Part shown: positions 18,168-29,790 of the stretch, one piece after another | How positions within the stretch are numbered: position 1 is the first letter of the stretch | Layout of the letters: each line of letters begins with the position of its first letter | Assembly: GCA_964455085.1 (NCBI GenBank) | Contig: CAYVYJ010000003.1 | Coordinates: forward strand, 7,364-71,363 | DNA length: 64,000 nucleotides | From: an uncultured Planctomycetia bacterium | GTDB taxonomy: Bacteria > Omnitrophota > Gorgyraeia > Duberdicusellales > 4484-171 | Direction of reading: 5' to 3' | Notes under the pieces: model-generated | Database searches by the model: none | The model's input: only the letters and a program-made list of their open reading frames with translations | Told to the model about the DNA's origin: nothing | Position numbers and translations under genes: made by a program

Positions 18168-20141
18168 ATGGATAAATTTAAACTAATCAGTAAATTTAAA
18201 CCTACTGGTGATCAGCCGCAGGCCATTAATAAATTAATCAAGGGGTTAAGAAGAGCTGAGGACTGCCAAACTCTTTTAGGTGTTACCGGTTCCGGTAAAA
18301 CTTTTACTTTAGCTTGCGTAATTGAGGAGATTAACCGACCAACTTTAGTCATCTCTCACAACAAAACACTTGCCAGCCAATTGTATGCGGAATTCAAGGA
18401 ATTTTTTCCTAGAAATGCTGTAGAGTATTTCGTAAGTTACTATGATTATTATCAGCCGGAGAGCTATATTCCCCAGACTGATACTTATATTGAAAAAGAT
18501 GCTTCAATAAACGAGCGCCTAGACCGGCTCAGACTTTCAACAACCAGTTCTTTAGCCAGCCGTAAAGATGTGATTGTGGTTGCTTCGGTATCGGCAATAT
18601 ATAATTTAGGAGCACCCCAGGATTACCAAGACCTGATTCTTTGGTTGGAGTCCGGTGATTCTACCCCCAGGGAATCTCTATTGCGGAAATTGATTGCTTT
18701 GCAATATCTGCGAAATGATTTTGATTTCAAGCGGGGAACTTTTCGGGTTAAGGGTGACACAGTGGATATTTTTCCCGCTTATACAGAGTACGGAATAAGA
18801 GTAGAGTTTTTCGATGATACAATTGATAAGATATATGAGTTTACTCCTCTTAGCGGAAAAAAAATTGGGGAGTTAGAGAAAATAAGTATTTATCCGGCTA
18901 AACATTTTATTATTAAAAAAGAAAGAGTCAGTCAGGCCTTAGAGACTGTTCAAGTCGAGTTAAAAGACCATTTGGCTCTTTTAGGAAGGGAAAATAAGCT
19001 GCTGGAGGCTCAACGTCTTGAGCAACGCACACATTTCGATATGGAGATGCTGGCTGAGTTCGGGTATTGTCACGGAATTGAAAATTATTCGCGCCACTTA
19101 AGTCAAAGACCACCTGGTTCTCGCCCTTACTGCCTTCTTGACTATTTCCCCTCACCCTTCCTTACTATTATTGACGAGAGTCACGTTACGATACCGCAGT
19201 TACGAGGTATGTATAATGGTGATCGGGCCCGTAAGGAAACTTTAGTCAGGCATGGATTCCGGTTACCATCTTGTTTAGATAATCGCCCACTGCGCTTTGA
19301 TGAATTTATGCCGCTAACTGAGGAGAAAATATTCACTTCGGCAACTCCCGGAGAGTTCGAGACTGAACTATCGGGGAAGAGGATTATTGAACAGATTATC
19401 CGACCTACTGGTTTGCCGGATCCGGAAATTATCCTTAAACCGACTAAAAATCAGATTGACGATTTAATTCTGGAAATTAAGAAGCGGGCTAAACAAAAAG
19501 AACGCAGCTTAGTTATTACCTTGACTAAACGAATGTCGGAGGAATTGGCTGCTTACCTCAGTGAGGCGGGATTGAAAATTACCTACCTACACTCCGAGAT
19601 CAATACACTGGAGCGAACAAAAATATTAAAAGAACTTCGGCTTAAAAAGTTTGATGCCCTCATTGGCATCAATCTACTCCGTGAGGGATTAGACCTGCCG
19701 GAGGTATCCTTAGTGGCAATCCTTGATGCCGATAAAGAAGGATTCTTGCGTTCAGCTACCTCTTTGATCCAAATTTCCGGCCGCTGCGCCCGTAATATAA
19801 AGGGACAAGTCTATATGTATGCTGATACCCTTACTAAATCAATGCAAACGGCAATTAGCGAAAGTCGGCGACGACGCAAGATTCAACTGAAGTACAATTC
19901 CCAGCATAAAATAACGCCACGCAGTGTTGAAAAAGCAATTAAGGCCGGTATTGAAATTTATTTAAAGGAAGAGGAAAATCTCAAATTACGCTTGGGTTTA
20001 GATAATCAGGATCTGCAACTACACCAAGTGGTAGCTCAATTAGAGAAGGAAATGTACCTGGCCGCAAAAAATCTGCACTTTGAGCGGGCCGCACAATTAC
20101 GGGACAAAATAAAAGAACTGAAAAAAGTCATCAAAAAGTGA
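18168..20141 (+). CDS. uvrB: Excinuclease ABC subunit B
   Basis: GVTGSGKTFT Walker A, helicase motifs, C-terminal UVR domain (ERAAQLRDKIKEL). Confidence 0.95.
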   Translation: MDKFKLISKFKPTGDQPQAINKLIKGLRRAEDCQTLLGVTGSGKTFTLACVIEEINRPTLVISHNKTLASQLYAEFKEFFPRNAVEYFVSYYDYYQPESYIPQTDTYIEKDASINERLDRLRLSTTSSLASRKDVIVVASVSAIYNLGAPQDYQDLILWLESGDSTPRESLLRKLIALQYLRNDFDFKRGTFRVKGDTVDIFPAYTEYGIRVEFFDDTIDKIYEFTPLSGKKIGELEKISIYPAKHFIIKKERVSQALETVQVELKDHLALLGRENKLLEAQRLEQRTHFDMEMLAEFGYCHGIENYSRHLSQRPPGSRPYCLLDYFPSPFLTIIDESHVTIPQLRGMYNGDRARKETLVRHGFRLPSCLDNRPLRFDEFMPLTEEKIFTSATPGEFETELSGKRIIEQIIRPTGLPDPEIILKPTKNQIDDLILEIKKRAKQKERSLVITLTKRMSEELAAYLSEAGLKITYLHSEINTLERTKILKELRLKKFDALIGINLLREGLDLPEVSLVAILDADKEGFLRSATSLIQISGRCARNIKGQVYMYADTLTKSMQTAISESRRRRKIQLKYNSQHKITPRSVEKAIKAGIEIYLKEEENLKLRLGLDNQDLQLHQVVAQLEKEMYLAAKNLHFERAAQLRDKIKELKKVIKK

Positions 20142-20178
20142 TTGGAATTTAAATTCTATCCGCTATACTATATACACT

Positions 20179-20916
20179 ATGTTTGCTGTAGATATAGGAA
20201 ACACTACGATACACATTGCCCATTTTAAAAAAGGAAGAATCCTAAAGACCCAGCGACTCCCTACGGCTAAAGTTACCAAGACCTGGCTGCGGAAAACTCT
20301 TAGTTCAAAAACCAATGAAACTATTTTAGTCTGTTCAGTAGTACCTAAAGTAACTAAAATATTTCGAAAGCTAAACTTACCGGTGGGAGTAACCGGTGAG
20401 AACATTAGAGTACCGGTAAAGTCTCTCTACGCCAACAAAAAAGTTGGTATGGACCGGTTAGTAGGAGCTTATGCAGCCAAAAAACTTTTCCCCGGTACAA
20501 GATTAATTCTCGATTTTGGAACTGCCATAACTTTGGATTGCTTATCTAAGAATGGTGTTTATCAGGGTGGTTTAATCCTTCCTGGAATTGGTTCCACTTT
20601 AAACGTACTCGCTGGTTGCGCAATGCTTCCCAAGCGTATACAACTTAGACCGGCCCGACAGTTAATTCCCGCCACAACCACCGGTAGTATCACTAAAGGA
20701 GTGACAGAAGGATTTTCCTTGATGATAAACTCTTTGATTGCTAAATACAAAACAAAGCTGAAAATACCCGCTAAAGCAAAAGTAATTATCACCGGAGGCG
20801 ATGCCAGGATAATTACCTCAAATTTAAAATTCCCTTTTAAATACGAGCCGCTTTTAGTCTTAAAAGGCTTAGAATTTTTAAGCCGTATGCCTAATATCTT
20901 ACAGTCACTTCTCTAA
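20179..20916 (+). CDS. coaX: Type III pantothenate kinase
   Basis: MFAVDIGNTTIHIA N-terminus and overall CoaX pattern. Confidence 0.85.
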   Translation: MFAVDIGNTTIHIAHFKKGRILKTQRLPTAKVTKTWLRKTLSSKTNETILVCSVVPKVTKIFRKLNLPVGVTGENIRVPVKSLYANKKVGMDRLVGAYAAKKLFPGTRLILDFGTAITLDCLSKNGVYQGGLILPGIGSTLNVLAGCAMLPKRIQLRPARQLIPATTTGSITKGVTEGFSLMINSLIAKYKTKLKIPAKAKVIITGGDARIITSNLKFPFKYEPLLVLKGLEFLSRMPNILQSLL

Positions 20917-20969
20917 CTGCCTCGCAGCAAGACAGTTAAGAAAAGGACAAAAAAAAATTAAAAAAAATC

Positions 20970-20997
20970 TTGACAACTTTACGTTGACAGGTATAAT
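20970..20997 (+). promoter_or_regulatory. Sigma70 promoter of groESL (TTGACA-N16-TATAAT)
   Basis: Consensus hexamers read directly. Confidence 0.6.
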
Positions 20998-21024
20998 TTA
21001 GCACTCGGAGTTAGAGATTGCTAA
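20998..21024 (+). promoter_or_regulatory. CIRCE operator (HrcA binding site), TTAGCACTC-N9-GATTGCTAA
   Basis: One mismatch to the TTAGCACTC-N9-GAGTGCTAA consensus; abuts the -10. Confidence 0.7.
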
Positions 21025-21074
21025 GTTTTAACCAAACCAAAATAATATCAACAAAACTTTAAAGGAGGTGTTCA

Positions 21075-21362
21075 ATGAAGTTTAAGCCGCTAGCTGACAG
21101 AATCTTGATTAAACAACTCGAGGCTAAAGAGCAGACCAAAGGTGGTATTGTACTTCCCGATACAGCAAAGGAAAAGCCTCAGGAAGGTAAAATTATTGCC
21201 GTTGGCGAAGGAAAGAAGAGTCCGGAGGGCAATGTAGTACCATTGGCATTGAAAGTCGGTGACAAGGTACTTTACGGAAAGTATTCAGGAACCGAGATCG
21301 CAATAGATGGTGAAGACTATCTGATCATCCGTGAAGAGGATGTTCTGGGTATTATTGCATAA
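21075..21362 (+). CDS. groES: Co-chaperonin GroES
   Basis: [11 protein letters not shown]...[22 protein letters not shown]. Confidence 0.95.
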   Translation: MKFKPLADRILIKQLEAKEQTKGGIVLPDTAKEKPQEGKIIAVGEGKKSPEGNVVPLALKVGDKVLYGKYSGTEIAIDGEDYLIIREEDVLGIIA

Positions 21363-23033
<1,671 letters not shown>

Positions 23034-23053
23034 TTAAGTAATCTAAGTCACGA

Positions 23054-23097
23054 GATATGAGAATATCCCCGTTCAGTTAATCTTGAGCGGGGATATT
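23054..23097 (+). terminator. Rho-independent terminator after groEL
   Basis: ATATCCCCG-16 nt loop-CGGGGATAT followed by a T9 run. Confidence 0.75.
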
Positions 23098-23183
23098 TTT
23101 TTGTTTTCTTAAATTTAGCTATATTTTTCGTTTAGCTAGTGGTATAATAATTGCGTTTTAAAACAGGCCTTTTAAGTCAAATT

Positions 23184-24551
23184 ATGACAAAATCCATTAA
23201 AAATAAGAGCTTTCGTCTGGATACCGTTAACGGATTCAGTTTAAATATCGGACTTTTTCAATATCGCCTAAAACCTGAGGCTAAAGTCATTATGGCTAAT
23301 TCAACTTTAGCTCAGTTTTTAGATCATCCCTTAGATCAGGGATTTATTAAAAAAACTTTAGGCAGTTTATTCTTCAGACCCCTGGATAGAGAAATTTTTC
23401 TAAAGATTTTAAGTCGAAACAAGGAAATCCGATCCTTCGAGGTAACCTTTAGGAAAAGAGATGGCCAGCCATTATGGGTTGCTATCACCGCCCAGCTGGT
23501 GCTTGCCGCCAATAAAAAAGAGCAGTGGTTGGAAGGAGTGGTTCAGGATATCTCGACCTGGAAAAAACTTGCTACCAGACTGACTATGGAAAGGGATTTT
23601 TTTGAAAATCTTCTCGACAACATACCCGATGCTGTTTACTTTAAAGATCGTGAGAATCGTATCATAAAAGTTAATGATTTCTATATTCAAGGAACCGGGC
23701 TTAAGGAAAGTGAAATTATTGGTAAGACTGATTTTGATTTCTTCCCCGAAGAACAAGCAAAGGATATGTTTGAGGATGACAAACGAGTCCTGACTACCGG
23801 CAAACCGATTATTGGCAAGATCGAGAAGACTCTTCTTCCTGATGGTCGCTGGAATCAGGTAATTACCACTAAAGTTCCCATGCGTAATAGCAGCGGAAAG
23901 ATTATCGGAACTATGGGAATAACTCGCGATATGACTACTTATGCTAATCTGGAACGGCAACGGTTGACTATGATGGTAAATGCTTTGGAAGTTTTAGGTA
24001 AGGCGTTGGAGATGCGCGACCCTTACACTTTCAGTCATACCCGACATGTAGCTGGTATTGCTGAAGATATTGCCCGGGCTTTGGGCTGGGATGAAAACCG
24101 TTTTTTAGCTATTCGTTTAGCCGGTGAGCTTCATGACTTAGGTAAAATAAGTATTCCTTTAGATATTTTAAATAAACCCGGTAAACTAAATGCCATAGAA
24201 TATCAGTTAATTCAAGAGCATGTGAAAAATTGCTATAACCTGATTAAGAGCATTGAATTTCCTTTCCCCTTAGCTGATATTATCTACCAGCACCATGAGC
24301 GTCTTGATGGTTCAGGATACCCGCGCGGCCTGAAAGGTGATCAGATACTCCTTGAGGCCAAGATATTGGCAGTCAGCGATGTTTTAGAGGCAATGACTCA
24401 CTATCGGCCATACCGTGAAGCTTTGGGGCTGGCTAAAGCCTGCGAGGAGTTGGAGAAGGGTAAGGGCACAAAATACGATGAAATGGTAGTCGATACTCTT
24501 TTCGGGTTGATTAAAAAGAACGGGAAAAATAAATTTTGGCTTGACGGCTAA
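23184..24551 (+). CDS. PAS-domain HD-GYP c-di-GMP phosphodiesterase (start codon uncertain)
   Basis: PAS region (NIPDAVYFKD...), HD-GYP core (HTRHVAG...ELHDLGKISIP...HHERLDGSGYPRGL); the TGnTATAAT extended -10 at 23140-23148 rules out the ORF-track TTG at 23151. Confidence 0.7.
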   Translation: MTKSIKNKSFRLDTVNGFSLNIGLFQYRLKPEAKVIMANSTLAQFLDHPLDQGFIKKTLGSLFFRPLDREIFLKILSRNKEIRSFEVTFRKRDGQPLWVAITAQLVLAANKKEQWLEGVVQDISTWKKLATRLTMERDFFENLLDNIPDAVYFKDRENRIIKVNDFYIQGTGLKESEIIGKTDFDFFPEEQAKDMFEDDKRVLTTGKPIIGKIEKTLLPDGRWNQVITTKVPMRNSSGKIIGTMGITRDMTTYANLERQRLTMMVNALEVLGKALEMRDPYTFSHTRHVAGIAEDIARALGWDENRFLAIRLAGELHDLGKISIPLDILNKPGKLNAIEYQLIQEHVKNCYNLIKSIEFPFPLADIIYQHHERLDGSGYPRGLKGDQILLEAKILAVSDVLEAMTHYRPYREALGLAKACEELEKGKGTKYDEMVVDTLFGLIKKNGKNKFWLDG

Positions 24552-24596
24552 TTTTTTGTCTTGCCTTTTTAGTTTCTTGTGATATAAAAAGTTCTT

Positions 24597-25133
24597 ATGA
24601 AAGAAGTAAAAATATATGCCCGGGCCGGCCAGGGTGCGATTACTACCGCCACTATACTGGGAGAAGCCCTGTTTTATGAAAATAAATACGCTTATGCATT
24701 TCCTTATTTTGGTGCTGCGCGAATGGGAGCGCCAATGAATGCTTTTGTCAGATTCGACGACAAACCGGTCCGGCTACGTTCTCAGATTTATGAACCCGAT
24801 TACATCATGGTGATTGATCCAACTTTAATTGAAAGTCAAAGGTGTTTTCAAAATTTAAAAAGCGGGGCAAAAGCGGTTGTAGCCGTAAGAAAAAACACAA
24901 ATATCCCTGAAATCAACAACGTTGAAATAAGATCGATTATGGCCGAAAAAATTGCCATGGAAATAATTGGAAAACCATTTGCTAACACTATTTTAGTCGG
25001 TGCCTTTGCAAAGACAACTGCCGAGGTGAGCTTAGAGTCGGTCTTGAAGGCAGTCGAAGCCAGATTTAAAGCTAAGCCAGAGATATTACAGAAAAATCTT
25101 GATGCTGTAAAAAAAGGATACGAAAGTGTTTAG
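24597..25133 (+). CDS. porG: Pyruvate:ferredoxin oxidoreductase gamma subunit
   Basis: IYARAGQGAITTATILGEA...FGAARMGAPM gamma-subunit signature. Confidence 0.85.
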   Translation: MKEVKIYARAGQGAITTATILGEALFYENKYAYAFPYFGAARMGAPMNAFVRFDDKPVRLRSQIYEPDYIMVIDPTLIESQRCFQNLKSGAKAVVAVRKNTNIPEINNVEIRSIMAEKIAMEIIGKPFANTILVGAFAKTTAEVSLESVLKAVEARFKAKPEILQKNLDAVKKGYESV

Positions 25134-25389
25134 TGTATTAGTAAGCCGGGCAAAAACTTCTTCAGCAAATTTAACTGGTTCCTGGCGGTCAACCAAGAAG
25201 CCAAAGTTTTTACAAAAAGGCTGCATTAACTGCAGCTTGTGCAAGTTTATCTGCCCTGAGGGTTGTATTGAAGGTATTGAAAAGAATGCTTATTCAACCG
25301 ACTTAGATTATTGTAAGGGTTGCGGACTTTGTGCCTACATCTGTCCCAAAGACGATATTGAAATGGTTCCTAATCAGGATGGGGATTAG
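25126..25389 (+). CDS. porD: PFOR delta subunit (2x[4Fe-4S] ferredoxin)
   Basis: Two CxxCxxCxxxCP motifs. Confidence 0.85.
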   Translation: MFSVLVSRAKTSSANLTGSWRSTKKPKFLQKGCINCSLCKFICPEGCIEGIEKNAYSTDLDYCKGCGLCAYICPKDDIEMVPNQDGD

Positions 25390-25406
25390 ATTTTAAAACT
25401 TATTCT

Positions 25407-26582
25407 ATGAAGAAATATTTAGAAGGTTCCTGGGCAATGGCGGAAGCGGCAAAATTATGTCGCCCCGGCGTTGTTGCTGCCTATCCAATTACCCCACAGA
25501 CCCATATAGTTGAGCACCTATCCAAATTTGTTGCTGACGGAGAACTAAAAGCACAAACCCTGAACGTGGAGAGCGAACACTCAGCTGCCTCAGTAGTTTT
25601 AGGTTCTCAGGCAACTGGAGTAAGAAGTTTTACCTGTACTAGCTCGCAGGGTTTACTCTTGATGGGTGAAGTTGTCTTTTGTATTGCCGGTATGAGATTG
25701 CCGGTTATGATGGTTTGCGCCAACCGAGCAGTGTCGGCGCCGATTAATATTTGGAACGACCAGCAAGATTCAATTGCCTTAAGAGATGCAGGCTGGATAC
25801 AACTTTATGCTGAAACCAATCAAGAAGCGGTTGATTTAATTATTGCCGGTTATCGGCTGGGAGAAAACCCTAAGGTTATGTTACCGGTAATGGTTTGCGC
25901 CGACGGTTTTATTTTAACCCATGGTTTGGAAACAATTGATATGCCTGAGCAGGAGCTAGTCGATAAGTTTCTCCCTGAATATAATCCGGCCTATAAGCTT
26001 GACGTTGATCTGCCAATGAGCTTTGGCCTCTTAGCTGACCCTACAGTATATACTGAAACTCGTTATGCCCTCCATAAAACCTTAGAGGAGGTCCTTGATT
26101 TAATACCTAAAATTGGTAATCAATACATGAGCCTAACTGGTAGGAATAGCCTAAAGTTAATTGAGGCTTATAAATTAGAAGATGCTGATCTGGCAATAGT
26201 AGCTATGGGTTCGGTTTGCGGAACTATTAAAGACGTCATCGATATTGAAAGAGAAAAAGGCAAAAAAGTTGGTCTCCTGAAAATTATTGCTTATCGACCA
26301 TTTCCTAAGCTGGCAATCAATGTGGCTTTGAGTAAAATCCCTAATCTGGCCATACTGGATAAAGATATTTCGTTAGGCTCCGATGGTGCTCTCTATACAG
26401 AAATTAAATCAATATTAAATTCGGATAAAAAAGTCAGTGGTTTTGTTGCCGGTCTGGGCGGAAGAGACATAACTGTTGATACTATAAAAAATATTATTGC
26501 CGCAGCCGAGAAAGAAACCAGTAGTTGTACATTTGTGGAGTTAAATAAGGATTTGCTTTGGGATGAGTTCAGGGCATCCTAA
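25407..26582 (+). CDS. porA: PFOR alpha subunit
   Basis: N-terminal EGSWAMAEAAKLCRPGVVAAYPITPQT signature. Confidence 0.85.
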   Translation: MKKYLEGSWAMAEAAKLCRPGVVAAYPITPQTHIVEHLSKFVADGELKAQTLNVESEHSAASVVLGSQATGVRSFTCTSSQGLLLMGEVVFCIAGMRLPVMMVCANRAVSAPINIWNDQQDSIALRDAGWIQLYAETNQEAVDLIIAGYRLGENPKVMLPVMVCADGFILTHGLETIDMPEQELVDKFLPEYNPAYKLDVDLPMSFGLLADPTVYTETRYALHKTLEEVLDLIPKIGNQYMSLTGRNSLKLIEAYKLEDADLAIVAMGSVCGTIKDVIDIEREKGKKVGLLKIIAYRPFPKLAINVALSKIPNLAILDKDISLGSDGALYTEIKSILNSDKKVSGFVAGLGGRDITVDTIKNIIAAAEKETSSCTFVELNKDLLWDEFRAS

Positions 26583-26595
26583 AAAAAGAGGATAG

Positions 26596-27480
26596 ATGGC
26601 TAAAAAACACTTTGAAGAAAACTTTTATGTATCAGGGCATACTGCTTGTGCTGGCTGCGGCCAATCGATGGGCGTACGGATTGTTATGAATTCGGCAGGT
26701 AAAAATACTATGGTTACCAATTCTACCGGTTGTCTTGAAGTTTTTTCTACTAAGGCGCCAGAGACCTCATTTGGCGTTCCCTGGATACACTCTTTGTTTG
26801 AAAATTCCGCAGCGGTAGCAAGTGGCATTGAAGCTGCTTTAAAATATTTAAATAAACTTGATGAAATCCGAGTTATATCACAGGCTGGTGATGGTGGAAC
26901 CAGCGATATTGGTTTACAAGCAATTTCCGGTATGCTTGAGCGAGGACAAGATGTTTTATTTGTTTGTTATGATAATGAGGCCTATATGAATACCGGAATC
27001 CAAAGAAGCGGCTCCACACCTTTTTATGCTAATACTACTACCTCACCGGTAGGTAAACACTCCCTAGGTAATCCTCGGCCAAAAAAGCCTATGGTTGAAA
27101 TCTGCGCTGCCCACCATATACCTTATTCAGCTTCGGCTTCAGTCGGTAACCCTAAAGATGTCGAAAGAAAGGTTAAAAAAGCCTTGTCAATAAGAGGTTC
27201 AAAGTATTTACAAATCCATGTACCTTGTCCCTTGGGTTGGAAATCCGAATCATCCCGAACAATTGAGATTGCAAAGTTGGCAATTACTACCGGATTGTAT
27301 CCATTGGTCGAGTATGAGTGCGGTAAGCTTACAAAAGTAACCAAAATTTCTTCACCAAAGCCGGTCCAAGAATACCTTAAAACTCAAGGTAGATTTAAAC
27401 ATTTGCTTAAAGACGCAAAGGCATTGAAAGAAGTCCAAAGCGTAGCCGACAAAAACATCGAATATTACGGTTTGAAATAA
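26596..27480 (+). CDS. porB: PFOR beta subunit (TPP-binding)
   Basis: CAGCG Fe-S Cys plus GDG...N TPP-binding motif (QAGDGGTSDIG...CYDNEAYMNTG). Confidence 0.85.
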   Translation: MAKKHFEENFYVSGHTACAGCGQSMGVRIVMNSAGKNTMVTNSTGCLEVFSTKAPETSFGVPWIHSLFENSAAVASGIEAALKYLNKLDEIRVISQAGDGGTSDIGLQAISGMLERGQDVLFVCYDNEAYMNTGIQRSGSTPFYANTTTSPVGKHSLGNPRPKKPMVEICAAHHIPYSASASVGNPKDVERKVKKALSIRGSKYLQIHVPCPLGWKSESSRTIEIAKLAITTGLYPLVEYECGKLTKVTKISSPKPVQEYLKTQGRFKHLLKDAKALKEVQSVADKNIEYYGLK

Positions 27481-27516
27481 GACTTAAACTAAATCATACC
27501 CAGAAAAGGAGGAAGA

Positions 27517-27702
27517 ATGGCAAAAGTTATTATTGATGAGAATGCCTGTGTAGGTTGTGGTTTGTGTGTGAACGCTTGTGATACTGTTTTTAAATTAGGT
27601 GACGATGGTATTGCTAAGGTAGTGACTGAGAAGTGTTCTGATTGCGACCTTCACGATGTTGCTTCTCAATGTCCGGTCAATTGCATTGTCGTAGAAGACT
27701 AA
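27517..27702 (+). CDS. Small [4Fe-4S] ferredoxin
   Basis: CVGCGLCVNAC plus C...C...CP cluster; AGGAGG RBS. Confidence 0.8.
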   Translation: MAKVIIDENACVGCGLCVNACDTVFKLGDDGIAKVVTEKCSDCDLHDVASQCPVNCIVVED

Positions 27703-27724
27703 ACAATTTCTGAAGATAAAAATA

Positions 27725-27768
27725 CCCCCGCCGCAAGATTGCAGAATCTTAAAGCGGGGGATTTATTT
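27725..27768. terminator. Bidirectional intrinsic terminator between the ferredoxin (+) and the convergent minus-strand gene
   Basis: CCCCCGC..AAGATT-gcag-AATCTT..GCGGGGG nested stem followed by ATTTATTTTA. Confidence 0.6.
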
Positions 27769-29183
27769 TACAAAGGGAACTTTAAGGTTATTTCCTGGTT
27801 AAGACCCTCAAGGAACTTTAATCTTTCGATGAATTCCTTCCGTAATTTAATTTCATCGTGATAGGTTTGCTTTTTAGTTTCAAAGTCCTTCTGGTTAAAA
27901 GGTGTTTTATCACTCAACTGAATGATATATACGCCTTTATCTAGAGGGAGAATCTCTGAGTGAATTCCTCCCGGCTCAAGCGAGAAGACTATTGCGCTCA
28001 CCGCCTCATCCAAGCCTAAACCTTCAATATAATCGGTGTATTTAAAATATCCGGTAGTCCTGAATTCAACATTAGATTTAGCCGGGAGTTTATTCAGGTC
28101 ACTTATTTTCGCTTCTTTAATTTCTTCCAAAAATTCTTGCCCGAACTTTCTTGTTTCGGCTTCGGCCCGGGTAAGGATTAATTTTTCGGTGACCTCGTCT
28201 TTTATTTCACCAAGGGTAGGGATAAATTCTGGTCTCTCATCATCTTTGCCAACTATAATAATACCTTTTCCCAACTTTATCGGTCTGCTGATTTGATTTA
28301 TGGCTAAATTAAAAGCAGTTTGGTTTAATACCGGCTGCCAGCCAATTTCGCTAATCGGCTCATCTATGCCGACAAATCCGGTCTCTTTAAGCTTAAATGA
28401 TGTTTTTTCCTCTAGCTGATCAAGAGTAGTTAAATTTGATAATAGGTTTAATTCTTCATCGCTTAATGGGTCATCTTTACTAATTAAAAAATATTTTATA
28501 TTTATTTTGGCTTCACGCTGAAATAAAGCTCTGTTATCCTGGTAAAACTCTTCAATCTCACCAGGATTTATCCCGACGTCAACGCGGAATTTCTCATAAG
28601 GGATAAACAAATAGTTAATTTTTGCTTCTTGAGTATCAATTGCATATAAAGCGCGTATCTGGTTATCACTGACGGTAATTTGAACCAGCTGCGCCCATAA
28701 TTTATCAATAGCAATAAAATCCCGGATATATTCTTCAAAACTACGCGGGGTAAGATTGATGTTGTAGATCCGGGAAATATACTCGATATATCGCTCATAA
28801 ACTTCTCGGTCAAATTTTCCGCCCGGGCTAAAATTCCGATTAACCCATTTCGCTATTTCATCATCGCTCACTGTAATTTTCCTTCCCTTAACCTTCCAAA
28901 GTAAACGAAAGTAGGTCTTGGCTTTTTCGATAACCTCACTAGAACTAATTGCCTTTTTACCATCTTGAGAATTGGTATGAAGGATGAAATCCAAACGGGC
29001 TAAATCAATATAGTATTTAAAGTCCGGAATCGGTATCCGGCGGTTTGCGATTTCAGCAACTATCGGCATATTCCGCTGTTGGAGAAAGGAACGGGCACCG
29101 GAGAGAACAAAAACTACGATAACCGCTATGGCGACCACCCAAATAATCTTTTTAGCATGTTGTCCGCGAATTGTGGTAAGCAT
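27768..29183 (-). CDS. Membrane-anchored SurA/PpiD-like periplasmic chaperone / degenerate parvulin PPIase domain protein
   Basis: N-terminal TM anchor, long helical region, parvulin-like NQISRPIKLGKGIIIVGKD segment; low-certainty call. Confidence 0.45.
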   Translation of the reverse strand: MLTTIRGQHAKKIIWVVAIAVIVVFVLSGARSFLQQRNMPIVAEIANRRIPIPDFKYYIDLARLDFILHTNSQDGKKAISSSEVIEKAKTYFRLLWKVKGRKITVSDDEIAKWVNRNFSPGGKFDREVYERYIEYISRIYNINLTPRSFEEYIRDFIAIDKLWAQLVQITVSDNQIRALYAIDTQEAKINYLFIPYEKFRVDVGINPGEIEEFYQDNRALFQREAKINIKYFLISKDDPLSDEELNLLSNLTTLDQLEEKTSFKLKETGFVGIDEPISEIGWQPVLNQTAFNLAINQISRPIKLGKGIIIVGKDDERPEFIPTLGEIKDEVTEKLILTRAEAETRKFGQEFLEEIKEAKISDLNKLPAKSNVEFRTTGYFKYTDYIEGLGLDEAVSAIVFSLEPGGIHSEILPLDKGVYIIQLSDKTPFNQKDFETKKQTYHDEIKLRKEFIERLKFLEGLNQEITLKFPL

Positions 29184-29365
29184 GTTCCTATCATAGCTTT
29201 TATCGGAAAATTTTCAAGAAAAAAATCGAAAATGTTTTAAGCCAGTTCATTTGCATAACCTAAAGATTTAATCTAAACATACCCAGTAGCTTCAGCACCA
29301 ATAAATGGCTTGCAAATATTTTTATTTTGTGCTACCTTTGAGTTGAGAAAATACTCTTTGAAAAC

Positions 29366-29733
29366 CGGGGGTGCATGGACTCGACTTAGAGGTTAGATGA
29401 AGTGGTTGCATGCCGTAGGGGTAAGGCCGAACGTATCCGGGCTTACAAAACACAAAGGCAAATACACAATTTGCTTACGCAAACACACCTGAGTTAGTAG
29501 AAGTAAACTAACCAGGGCTCTTAAATTTTTGCCTCAGGAAATTTAAGAGTTCGGTTATGAGGCTAGAAATAAACCTCTGGCTTTGAGGGTTTATTTCGAA
29601 ACAAAACAAAGTTGCTTTCTGGGGAATCCCGCCTTCTGGAGTCTCCAGAAAAAAGATAAAGAAAAGGCTAAGCATGTAGGAGCTGTTTGTCAACCCTTTA
29701 AGGACGCGGGTTCGAATCCCGCCACCTCCACCA
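29366..29733 (+). ncRNA. ssrA: tmRNA (SsrA transfer-messenger RNA)
   Basis: 5' GGGGGTGCATGGACTCGAC and 3' GGACGCGGGTTCGAATCCCGCCACCTCCACCA (T-arm, acceptor pairing with the 5' end, encoded CCA); ~368 nt. Confidence 0.85.
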
Positions 29734-29790
29734 TAGTTTATTTAGTTTAAGTGCAATTGAATCGAAAGGTCAATAAAAAGAGGAGGGGTT

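Noticed and set aside
29508-29693. 61-aa minus-strand ORF
   Set aside because: It is embedded entirely within the tmRNA gene.
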